A model generated the notes under the pieces. It saw only the letters and a program-made list of their open reading frames with translations. It made no database searches and had not been told where the DNA came from. A DNA stretch of 64,000 bases from Amoebophrya sp. A120 (lineage: Eukaryota > Protista > Dinoflagellata). This document shows positions 1 to 11,822 of this stretch, one piece after another. The stretch is taken from positions 7,460,601 to 7,524,600 of the forward strand of contig CAJINV010000003.1 of NCBI GenBank assembly GCA_905178155.1, written 5' to 3'. Every line of letters begins with the position of its first letter. Within the stretch, counting starts at the first letter, position 1. The position numbers and the translations under genes are program-made.

Positions 1-289
1 CTTGAGTTGCAATTTTTTCCATCGGCTATGACCATTCGCTTCTTTTGATGATAACGTCCACTACCTCCTGAGCACAGCACAAAGAGGAGATTTGACTTCG
101 GAAACTTTTTCGTTTCCCTTTTTCAAAAAAAAATCGATAAAAAAAAATACTCGAAAAAAAACAATAAGTGCGCACCAATGAGTATGCCGGTGAGCAAAAA
201 AAACTTCAAAACGTGTGATCTACCGAGTTTCATTTTATCAATCAATCTTTGATGTACTAGTGTTGACCTGTCAATCCACTATACTACCT

Positions 290-3200
290 TCAGATTTTAC
301 CCTTGGTCAAATAGTTGTCATTACAAGCCTCAAAAACGCTGGGTCGAGCGTCCTGGTCCCGCTGCAGCAATCGGCGGATGTAGTCTATCAAAAGGAAAGA
401 TCCCCCCTGCTCCCCACATCAAAACGAAAAGTCGCTGGTGAAGATGGCCCTCTCGCAACAAGACAGAGGCGATTAACTATTTTGCGGTTCCACATTATCA
501 GCATTGCAAATTTTCTGAGGCGTGCCAATTCGATATGGGGAGCGAGGGGGGATAATTTTCCTTTACGGTATAGTCCTGCGCTTCCTTGGACACTTTGGGC
601 TGGTCGGGAAACTCCACCTCGAGTTTGGTGTCGCCCCGGAGGGCAGAATGGTAGAACTTGTCCTGGGTCTGGTCGTGGCCGAAGGGTTTCCGTCCGTACA
701 GCATCTCGTAAAAGATCACTCCCACGGACCAAACATCCACCTTGTTGGAAACTTCCTGCGGCGCCTGTGGCTCCGATTTCTGGTGCTTGTTCTGAGGCCG
801 CGGAAAGCACTCGATGGGCAGGTACCAGTAGGTGCCCGAGCCGATGCTCGTCAACTCACAAGCCCGCTCGGCGAATTCGCTGTTGATCTGCTCCAACGCA
901 GGAACGTGGTTCTGTCCCTGTTGCTGCTGCTGCTTCTTGTGTTCCTTCTCGTCTCGCAGCTTTTTCAACCTGTAGATGAACCATGAACGCGGAGATTTTC
1001 TTCAAAGTAGTTTTAGAGCTCGGAACTACTTTACGCGACGGATTAGGTTCGCATTTCAAGGCCGATAAATGCTCACGGACAAGAAAAGACATGATGAGGT
1101 GGATCCTCAATTCTATGGGTTGTACCGATGTCGATGCTAGTGGTAGTACCTACTGCACCGGGGGGCCGTCATGACGAACACGAAGCCAATGTTGTATCAT
1201 TCCATTACCGCATTAATCATCCCAGCTATATAAAAATCAGACACCAGCTCACTTCCGTAGTTCCATCTCTCTTAGCATGCAAAGTGAAATAAATTGAGAC
1301 GACCGTACACGCCAAATAGCGCTTTCTCCTACGTCGTTTCCTGGTTAGCGTATTTACAACAACGACACCTATCAAAGCAAAAAAGTTCAGGCTCTGCTAC
1401 CGTTCCCCATCTGCGTCCTTGATCTCTCGAATTTTTGGGTTGATAGTCAGTTTCGTGTCGTCGATGAGGAGCGCCTGCTCCTTGTCTAATTTCTTATCCT
1501 GCTTCCGAACAGAGGCGGTGTTTGCGGACGACGACGAGGCCGCCGCAGCGTTCGCCCCGGTCGTTCCACTCCCGACCTGGTGGTTGTTGGCCTGAGCCGC
1601 GCCCGGCGTCACCGTTTTGTTATTGTTCCCCCCCTTGGTCGGCTGCCCCGCCGTCCCCGTCTGCTTTTGTTCTTTGACTCCAGCTGCTGCTCCGCCAGTG
1701 GTGGTTGATGGCGCAGCACCCGCTCCCGTCCCCGCCACGAGCTTCTGATTGTTCTGTTGTTCCACCTCCATGGATATCCCTCAGGAAAAATCTTAACCTG
1801 GCAGGTCATAAGATAATGGTGCATGTGCAAAAATAAAGTATACAAAATCTGTCCTCTTGCATGGCCCACGAAAGCATGTACGTACAGGCTCGCCCATGCC
1901 CGATTTTTGTTTTTCTGTGTTGTATTTGTCATACTAGTCATACACTATTTATTTGCATTGCAATCTGCCAGCTTCTCCCTCGTTCTGCGTGATATGGGAC
2001 TCCTCGTTGCCACTCGCGTTCGGACTGCTCGCTTTGGACGAGTCCGTGCCCTTGCGGACAATTTTCGACAGCCCGAAGTCGGTGATCTTGATGGCTCCCC
2101 GGTCGTACATCAAGTTGGACGGCTTCAGGTCGTAGTGAATGATGGGCTCCTCCCTCCGGTTCATGGCCTTCAGCCCCGTCATCAGCTGGATCAGCACGTG
2201 CCGGGCCTCCTTCTCGCTGAAGGTGCGCGAGGGGCGGGCCTTCAGGCAGTCGTCCAAGGTTTCGCCCGTCCCGCAGTACTCCATCACGGTGGCAAAGGCG
2301 TCCTTCGAAATCGAGATAACGTATGAGCGAGCAAAGAGCTCGATCGTCCCGTCTCTCCCCCTCATTTGATCAAGATGAACTAGGGCATCAATAGCAATAG
2401 TTAGAAATGCAATAAACGCCAGCAAATATTATTATCAATATTATGCAGCCTATGCATGACAAGTTTCTGTGCGGACTGTGGTGGTCGAAACAAGCACGAC
2501 CAGGAGCCGCCCTGCGAAATTTGTCAAAAAGCACGACCAGGAGCCGCAAGGCAGCACGACCAGGACCAACAAACTGGATTCGACGCTTCGCATGACAAAT
2601 GAGGGGGAGGGAGAGTTAGAGTTGTGCGCTCTCATATGACGTCGTACAGTTGTACAATACTGGTGGAGTTGTTCAGTGCTTTTTGGATGTCCGCCTCCCG
2701 CATCGCGTGCCGCACGTAAAACGCCGCCTCCTTATGGAAGCGTCAGGTTTGAAATCGTCAAAGTTGAAATAATTTGTCATGCATAAAATGGATGAAAGTT
2801 GTGACCCAGTTTGTAAGCGGCGCAAGACAAATTTCGGTGGTCGCTAAATCCACTTTGTCATGCTGTTTAGGCAAAGAAGAGCGATTTTCTTATGCTACTT
2901 TAGCAGCTTGAGCTGTAACCCCAAACAGGCTTACAATCGGCCTCACTTGCCTGCTCTGCAACACACGTGCCTCAGGTCATGCATTTTATGCATTGCAAAT
3001 TATTTCAACTTTGACGATTTCAAACCTGACGCTTCCATACTCCTCCTCCCGCATGTATCCCGAGTAATAAAAACGTGCCCACCCCAACTTTCTTTGTCAT
3101 GCAAACTCTTGGAGAGGAATCGCCCGATGGGTATTGCAGGCGACATTTCCGACATTTTTCGGATGCAAAATTTATTTTTGCCAAGTGGCGGCCAATCGTG

Positions 3201-6200
3201 AGTTGATATGGGGCCTCCTGCGCATGGCCTCTCCTTTATGGCTGTCAGCTGCACGGCACGGGGCACGACGCACACTCACCCCCATGAGGGCGGCAAGGAG
3301 ATGGCGCTGCGGGCTAATCGCCTGGATGATTTTCCCGAGCGACGCGCCACACCGCAAGGGACACCCTCCGGAACCCCTACGCTGTGTCATGCGCACAACA
3401 AGTCCCGATCTTAAGTAAAGACTATGGGGTCGTGCTGATGTTTTCACGCAGGATAGCATGTCACGGTTCACCTCGTGGATCTTAAACGCAACCTCCCGCA
3501 GGCGCTCTAAGTCGATTGCCTTGTAAACCTCGGAGAAACCTCCCTTCCCGATCAAATTCCCTAACTGGTACCGATTTCGGAAGCACGGGTAATTGTTGTA
3601 CTTCGAGTTTCGCTCGGCGTTCAAGATCTTCAATCGTTTCTCGTGCATCGTCCTGCAATTGCAATAAATTAAGCTGGCGAGTGATCTATACGTTTATAAT
3701 TAATCGCATCGCACAGAAACTGAAACACTTTGACGAGGTTGGTTAATTCACGTATTATATATACATTGACATGCAGTATCGCCGGTTGGTTATCGTAACG
3801 CTACCTATGTATCTATACCTCTCGGCCATGAATCGCTCCTCCCGTTGCACCAGTTCGGCCTCTTCGCGCCGTAGAAACTCCGCCCGGGAGTTGTACATTT
3901 CTCGCTGCTCAAAGATTCGCTCCTCCTCCAGAGCGTACTGAGACTGAGCCGAAACCATGACACCGCCAACGTTCATCTGGTCCTGCTTCACGGTTTCCGG
4001 CGGCAGTTCCTCCCTGGTCTTCTTCAGCTGGCGCTGGTCTGCGTTCAACCGTTTCCGCTGCTCTTCGATCGTGCGCTGGTGAGGTAGTCATGATTGAGTT
4101 GGTACCGCTATACATATCTTTGACTTTGTTTGAGTACGTTACGACAGGATCAACATCAATCAAGAAGACGCATTGTCCATGCGCTGTTCCATGAATGTTG
4201 AAAAGTGAATTTTTATACTCTTTCATTCTCGATTTCCGCTTTTTTCTCGTTGATTTCCTCGAATTCCTTTCCGTGCATCCATTCGCGGCGATTCTGCTGG
4301 AGAAAGGCGGAGTAGATGGGGCGTTCGCCGAGCCGCACAGTGTCGTCCAACACGCGGGCCTGGCGATCCGCACGTTCCCGCTTGTAGGTCTTGATGAATT
4401 GCTCCCGCAAACAGCCCCGCAGCTTGTCCAGGGCGTCTTGCTTCCAGGCGTCCCGTTCCCCGAGCTGCTCGGCGCGGACGGCCAGCGCGTTGTAAAAGTG
4501 CGACAGAACGGTCAGTTTTTCGTTTCCCTGCAGCTGCTGGATCAGGGTGTCCACCTGGCGCTGGTCCAAATTTTGGATGGCCTGCGCAGCCACGGACTCG
4601 GGGATCAAGTCCTGTAAGTCGAGGTTGATCTTGGTAGACGACCGCTTGTGCTGGTGGTCATTCGTGCCGCCCTGCTTTTCCTTGTCGGTCGCCAAGGCGA
4701 CAATTTGCGACAACAGGAAGGCCGGCTGCAGGGCTGTTGCCGCGCTTTCCGGCAGCCCCGCCAGATGCAACACCGCGGTCGTGCTGGAAGACGCCGCTGC
4801 AGCCTTGTTCGTCGCAGTGTTGTTGTTGTAGCTGTTGCCCGCTGTCAAAGTAGAGCTGCTGTTCGTCGCTCCGATCGGTGGCTGGTTCAGTGGCTGGTCC
4901 GCTTGTTGGGCCTCCAGACTGGTCTGGATCAACTGCGCAATCAGTCCCACCTCATGTTGGGTTATCGTACGAAAAAAGTGTTTCACTGTAAGGATTTTGC
5001 AAGTTTGGCATGACAAGTTCGTTACACATGACAAGGAAAACGCGCCATGCGAGGCTCCTAAGGGAAAACACAGCTAAAAATCGCCTGTCTTGCATGTGTA
5101 GCAAGACAAACACTTCTGAGATGCAGTCTCTGCATTACAAGTTTACAGTGAAACAGTTTTTTCTTGCGATATGGGTTTTACTCTGCTCGGGCGAACTGGA
5201 AGACACTTTTATCGGGTGGAAAAGCGTCACGCGCGTTCTAATCTAGCGATCTTTTTGACGCCTCACCTGCAAAACGACCGGCAGTTTCCAAGCGGCCGGA
5301 AGTGTTTTTGGACATAAAAGATTTCCACTTATCAAGCGGCCGGGGCCTTGCTGTCAAACAAGCGCGAGCGGATTCTATCGATTACCGCTTGATAAAACGA
5401 CGCAAGGGAGCCGCCAAAAGGGGCGCCCTTCTGAGGCGCCCACCGCCTTGGTTTCTGGCGATTTGGGGCGCCCAAAAGGGGGCGCCCAAAAAGCAGCATT
5501 CCGAAAAAAACAGGGAATCCGCATAGTATGGGCCTCATTTTGGCCCACATTCGGGCCTCGCAAAAGAGGCCACCAAAATCCGCCATTTCAGAGGCGGACT
5601 GAAGGCCAGTGTATGTGAGTACCCGAAAAAGGAAAGCCCTCTCACGGAAGGAAGCCACTCTATTAGCGCGCGTCCTCTGCCTGCGCACCCTCTGCCTGCG
5701 CCAGTCTGCGGAACGTAGATGGAAAAGCAAAGCGAATAGCCTCTCACCGCTCGTGAGCACGGTAAACTAAACTTGCAATGCGCCCCAACGAGCCAACCGT
5801 AGCTGTTAGAGTGCACACCCCGGGCCACCGACTCTACGGCCAAGACCCCGACCTGTCCGCCGACAGGGAGGAGATGAAATCCTGCAGGCCGCGGAGACGT
5901 GCGTCTCCTCCCATAGAAGTAGTGCCGTCTTCCGATATCAACCCAGGCGAGCCGAGCTGGCAAACCACCTCCCGCACGGGAAAATCCGCTACCGCTAGTA
6001 CCCAGACATGAGGCGCACCTGGCGCGGAACCTCCTCCGAAAGCTAGAAAGCGAGAAGCCTAACCCAGTCAGCGGATCTGTCAGCCACTAGACCTGAGGAA
6101 ACGAGCAACCGCCCCGCGCAACCACCTGCCGATGCGTTGGACTATCCTCCACCGGAAACCAACCCCGCAAGGGTCCCCTGAACAATAATACACGCGCTCT

Positions 6201-9200
6201 GCTGGCACAATGCGCAATCAGTCCCACCTCATGTTGGGTTTTATTCTGCTCGGGCGAACTGGAAGACACTTTTATCGGGTGGAAAAGCGTACCCTGCTCC
6301 CATTGCAGATACGCAGGAGCGAAGGTGGCATTGTCTTTCAAGAAAAAAAGCCGTCAAAAAAAATTTCGGATTTTCTCTTCCTCAGCTGTCGAGTCCGAGG
6401 TATGTAGTGACACATGAACATGACTGTGTCGCAAGTCCAAAGGAAGGGAATGAAAAGGAACGGTAATATTATACGCAGAAGATTCACTACTTTGCAATTG
6501 CAGACACGACCTCACACCATCATCAAAATAAACAAATTAATAGGATATGGTGGATTCGCCCGCACGGTGTAGTTTTGTCTTGTTTACGCAAAAAACAAAT
6601 GGGGACGCTTTCACACACAATAACGTTGTAGTTGTGCCCACTCTTGTCCATCAAAGACACAGCCCCGGCGCCGCCACCGGCCTGCGGCATGTCCTCGTCG
6701 TCCATATTCGCGGAAGAACTCCTTTCTTTGTGATCGTTCTTGGAGGTGACATTGCTCGACTCGGGACCACCGCCCTCCTTCTGGTTAGCACCTGTATGGA
6801 AACAAAATCAAAACTGATGATTGACTTTCGTCAGCAACATGTAACGTTGCAATTTCCTTCGCGGCGGCCCGCTTAGATTTTTTTGCGCTGCCATGAAGTT
6901 GGGAAACATTTTTGAAGCCGTTCTTGGAAGGAACCACCGGAAAGACGTCGCGCATCCATATCCTGTTGAGCGACTTGTTCTTAGCGTGATCCCAACCCAA
7001 ATCTGCAGGCCAGGACATAGGAGAGCCCCGGTGAGGCCCGACCATCTGCGTCCGCGGTGCTTTCTTTGCACGCCGGACGCGGACCCAACAAACAGGACAA
7101 AATAAAACCCGCCACCGTTTTTCGCAACTTAGGAAAACGACCGCTGGGCTGGTTTCAATTGCTGTGGCCTGTCTTAATAAGCGTACAGAATTTCCGCGCA
7201 GCTCTCGCAAGATGTGGCTGGCCGCTCTACCTGATTTCGTCGCTGCGCGCCGGCGTTTGCACATACGGGCGCCGGCGTCCGTACGAAATCAGAGCGAGCC
7301 AGATAAGCGGCGCAGGCCTTTTCTGCGTTCCTTCTTGGAAGGACTGCAGCGCGTTACGAGCATCAGCATGCCGCGCAAGCGAATACTATCCCAGTGCGCA
7401 GGCTCGCGCAACTGCCCCCACTTGTACCAAATTCGCGCCACTGACTAGGTGCCGGGAATGGGTTAGCATGCGGCGTAATGGCTTAGCATACGGCGCACAA
7501 CTTCTTCGCAAATGCAACGGGACCGAATAACGCATGAACAAGAAGTAGGCCCCGAGAGCATGCGCAGAGAAGGCCGCGGTGGCTCCGCGAATTCGGCACT
7601 CTTGTTGCTGTTGGTCACACACATTCCACAACTCTATTAACTCTGCCAAAAACAAAAATATTAGCCAACTCCGGACCAGCGTCTTTCTGGTTCGTACCTG
7701 GCACTCCGTCGAGGACGCCGCTGGTGTTCGCCGCCACTCCACCACCGTGCTGATGATGGTTGGAATTGGGGCTTGGCTTGTTGCTGGGGGGCTCCACTCT
7801 ACGTCGTTTGCGGTCGTCCTTGATGCTCTTCATGCACGTGGTCAGGTTGCTCGTTTTCTTTAGCGCCTCGTCCGAATCTCGGACGACCGGTTCTTTAGCT
7901 CCGCTGGGCCCGGCTTGCTGGGCCCCGGCACCGCCAGCAGCGGTCGCGGTTGTTCCCGCTTGATTTTGCACCGTGCCTCCACCGTTGTGCGTCCCAGCCC
8001 CGGATCCATTCACCGCCGCGCGCACCACACCCTGTTGGTCGTTGCTGTAACTGCTTTCCATCGCGTCCCCGACCCGCTCCGAACTCTCCTCCGTATCTGG
8101 TGGTGGAGTAGTAAAAGCGACAACTTTCTTGTTTGGAATCGTACTTTGAAATGGGACCACATCTTGATACTTGACATTCAACTCTCCATGACACAGTGGG
8201 AACTTTTCACTGGTCAGATTTTGGTTATTGGTTGCGGTAGCGGTAGCGGTAGCGGTCGTGTGGGATTTTCTGTGTTGCAGCACTGTTATCTCAACTACGC
8301 GTTGTGACCCACAAAAGCCGTTATAATCGAGCTCCAAATTTTGTACTTCTAGTTGCGCAGATGGAGGTGATACTAATGCGTGTCTATTTGGCAAGGCTGC
8401 ACTTGCTCCTTCTGGTACTTGCTTTTCTATTTCTTCCCCGCTAACACCTTTGACATTAGCGCTACAGTCACACAATTCAGTGGCCATAGCTGCCAGTAAC
8501 TAGTACTACGGTGATGCACAAGGTAAAAGCTGATCCTGTGCAAATAAGCACAGCTTCTTACTAGCAACTGCACTCTTGATGTTCGACTAGATCTTCACTA
8601 GCGTAGTTCAAAAGCCTGACGTAGTTCGCGCTGGTGCAAAGTTTATTTGGTCACTCGTACTCGAAGCTTTAGCGTAGTGTCAGCGTCGCGCCTGCTAGAG
8701 GTGACATTCAACCGTATCTATAAATATATCGCGTTTTTGTTTGTCACGAGTACCACTATTATCTTTCATTTCATCTTCAAGGAGAAGGGACCGCGACCGC
8801 GTTTTTGAAGAAGTCAGCAAATCTATTGATATGTGATCTGCGTTGTCCGTATCTCTTTGGTCTCTGACTGCGAATGCTTATGTGGCGGTGGGGGCGCTAT
8901 GCTGCAAGCAGCGTCAAGTACAACGACCTATCAGGAGTTTTAATCTCCTGGTCTATGAACAACATACAAGTTTACGTAAGTATATTTATCCACCGTCGTG
9001 TCCGCTGCGATTTGTTGCAATAGTCATCCTACTACAGCACACACTAAAATTCAAATTTCCAAATTAACAAAGAAGCACAAAAAAATACTTTGCTTCTGCT
9101 TGCTACCCTGGCCTCCGGCAGCTTGGGCCACCGCCAGCGCTCCGGCTGCAGCCGCGGATTCGATCACCCCACTCGAGCGGCGCTGGTCGGCAGCAGACAC

Positions 9201-9380
9201 GGCTGCACTTCGATTGGCTTTATCACCTCCTGTGTTGCCCACCGCCCCCGCCCCCGGTGGCACTTGCTTCTTTGCCATTTTGTGTCCACCGCCCTGAGCG
9301 GTAGTCTTGCCCACCTTCTTTCCGGCACTGCTGCCTTGGTGCGGTGGCTGTTTGTGGTCCCCTGGAGTCTGCTATGCAAG
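290..9380 (-). CDS. TLK: Tousled-like serine/threonine kinase (multi-exon; 5' exons above 6341 are tentative)
   Basis: Spliced by hand: [62 protein letters not shown]...[22 protein letters not shown]...[12 protein letters not shown]...KITDFGLSK...[18 protein letters not shown]...[30 protein letters not shown]...EAQDYIRRLL. These motifs are characteristic of TLK, with a coiled coil upstream (DTVRLG). Stop TGA at 290-292. Confidence 0.9.
386..570. mobile_element. Introner (TATCAAA(A/G)GG family) in TLK
   Basis: Imperfect TIRs; TSD tagtc at 381-385 and 571-575; removal restores AQDY|IRRLL. Confidence 0.85.
2322..2636. mobile_element. Introner (TATGAG family) in TLK
   Basis: TIR tatgag/ctcata plus inner ctcatttg/caaatgag; TSD taacg/tgacg; restores LYDV|ISISK. 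Contains three agcacgaccagga repeats. Confidence 0.8.
2733..3039. mobile_element. Introner with about 44-bp perfect TIR in TLK
   Basis: tatggaagcgtcaggtttgaaatcgtcaaagttgaaataatttg and its reverse complement; TSD ctcct at 2728-2732 and 3040-3044. Confidence 0.92.
3056..3455. mobile_element. Introner (TATCC family) in TLK
   Basis: tatcc...aaaaacgtgcccacccca / tgggg...gttttcacgcaggata; TSD gcatg at 3051-3055 and 3456-3460. Confidence 0.88.
4963..5171. mobile_element. Introner inside the left copy of an 80-bp duplication
   Basis: TIR tatcgtacgaaaaaagtgtttcactgtaa / ttacagtgaaacag...cttgcgata; TSD tgggt; the empty site is visible at 6211-6290. Confidence 0.92.
5228..6210. mobile_element. 983-bp insert flanked by an 80-bp direct repeat of TLK exon sequence
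   Basis: 4934-4962 plus 5177-5227 equals 6211-6290 with 1 mismatch; no TIR or recognisable ORF inside. Confidence 0.75.
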
Positions 9381-11822
9381 GAAAAAACTCTGGCTCTGCA
9401 GCGCGTTCACCCTGTTTCGAAGAAAAACATAGTAGCACTGCATACGATATTCAACTTTATTGTGAAGTGCTTTTTTCGCGTTCGCGTGACAGTTGCTCAG
9501 CTCTTTTGGGACAGGACAGCACAGCTGCAAACCACCAAAGTCGTAATCTACACACCAACTCTGTTGACGCTAGTGACGGTGACGATAGATTGCATAAATC
9601 ACCAGCACAAGTTAGTACACTTCATTTTGTTATTTCACTTTCGCATAGTTACAGTTTAGTCGTTTTTCTCCCTTTTGTTCGGAACCAAGAGTTCACATGG
9701 GCACATTTTTTCCTCGGGTATTTGCTCTTGGTCTGCCGCACTCGCCACGTCGTTGACACTAATCTATGGAGAGAGAGCAAGTGATCTCATAGACTGCTGT
9801 CCTAGCGCAAAGAACAAGAAATCAACTCCGTCGCGCGGGTTCGCGTAAGTGGATCGCATAAGTGCCGCTGCTAGATGGTTTCGGAATCGGATTCGGAAGA
9901 AAACGAAAAGATTCGGTTTGCTTTTTGCATGACAAAAAGGAGGAGTCAGAGACAGAGTCTAGCAAATCCGCATGACATGTTGGAATTTTCGTTGGGGCTG
10001 GCAGCAGGCACTGAAATCACTTACTTCCATATCATCCTCTTGTTCCCCGCCCCTTTTTGCTTGCTGTCCTCTACCATAAGTATGCATCGAAAATGTGTCT
10101 GGGCCAGGAACAGTGCAAATTGTCGCGCTACCTCTAGATTCTGAAAGACCCTGAATTGCAGGAGCAGCAAGAGGAGCCCAGCTGCATTTTTTACGCTCTA
10201 AGGTTATTTCTCATGCGGAAGAGGCATCAAGCATCCATCAAAAAAAATCTGTGATGCTAGGGCATACATCACAGACGTCATTCATGGGTTGTAATGCAAA
10301 ATGTGCGTGGCAACTGTTGCACATTTGCGGACACACCAGACATATTTGCAATCCATAATCAGGTGAAAGTCGTGCCAATTCTGTTTCAGTTGTTCTATCT
10401 AGGAACAACCTGAACAAGTACACTTTCGACTTCGAGCGAGGAGAAGTACAAAATGATTTATCTGACTTTCTCGGAGCGTCACGTAGCGAACAGCAAAATG
10501 CAGCCTCTCTACTATCAATTATATGCCACCGGGACCGAAGAAAAAATAATGTCTAGTTGGATTTTCTTTCGTAGGAGTGCTACCAGCTCTACATCTAAAC
10601 GTCGAAATGTCGGCATATATATAAATATAAACTAATATTGCTAAACGACCTGAAGCCACGATTAATCACGTTACCGCATAATTAGTGCAGTCATGATGTA
10701 GCAGGTAGAGGTACCTATCACATTCACAGCTTTGCCTTTGCTTTGTTTTCTCGCATTCATTTTGATTTTTCGTCACAAGCACAAGAAATAAGCAGAAGCA
10801 ACAGAAACAGCGTCGCTGCGCAGGGCGCTACCTCGCAGCCTCACGTTCACGACACAAAGCAACATTAACTCAACTTCAGCATATCAGCAGTTTAAGTTTT
10901 CTGACCCATCTGTCATAGCCACAGCACTTTTGCGCACTTTTGCGTCAAAATCCATTTGCATATCACCTCATGGAAGGCTTGGAAAATCATATTTTCTCAA
11001 TAGATCATACAGATACTCCGGCTTCGTAACTTTATTTTAAGGTTATCAATGAGGCTTCTTCAACTTCAACATCATTTTCTTGTCAGCGATTGCTCATCTC
11101 GTCTTCATCCACACAACAGTTTCGACCATCCACACAGTTGCTTCAACAAAACTGAACAGCCAAGTGATGAATGATTTGCGCAGAGGCCGTTGGAAATGTG
11201 TTGCAGTTTGGTGAAACACTTTCGCATTCTCGTGGAGGTACCGCCCCATTGCATGTTTGCAGTGCTCGTTCTTGTGCGCTCTTAGGCAGCAGCTCAGTAG
11301 ACCGCGACGACGAGCGCAACAGACGACCGTCGCCTACAATATCGAATCATATATCTGTAAAGTAAACTAGTTTTCGTAACGCAACATCAGCCCTTCACTG
11401 CAGCAACACTATCGATTGGATTCAGTATACCTCATGCATTTACATGCTTGCGAGTCTTCGCGGGCAGCAGCTGCAGCTCGCAAAAGTCAGCATCGCTATC
11501 AGCGCAAACGTTCATTCGCATTGTGACTGACTCGTATTTTTGTTTTTGGGGTCGTTCGCAGCAGCATTTCTTGGGGTCATGAGGAGATCAAACTAACTTC
11601 GAAGGTGCTCTTGTCCATATTTTTGCACGCCTCGAAACATGCCACTATATTGATGTTCTTGCTTACGTCTCTGCAGATCATTGACGTACTTAAACGAACC
11701 ATCTGGCTTTCAATGGGACGTTGCTTTCGTATGGAAAATGAAAAATGAAGTAGTTTCAAAGAGAAACTAGACTCCGCTTCCACCCTTATTTCGTCTCCGT
11801 TTTATATGCATATCAGCAGAGC

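Noticed and set aside
8233-8257. (gcggta)n microsatellite; similar short repeats at 52128-52165 and 59920-59948
   Set aside because: Ordinary low-complexity repeats, consistent with Thr/Ala runs or a 6-aa duplication.
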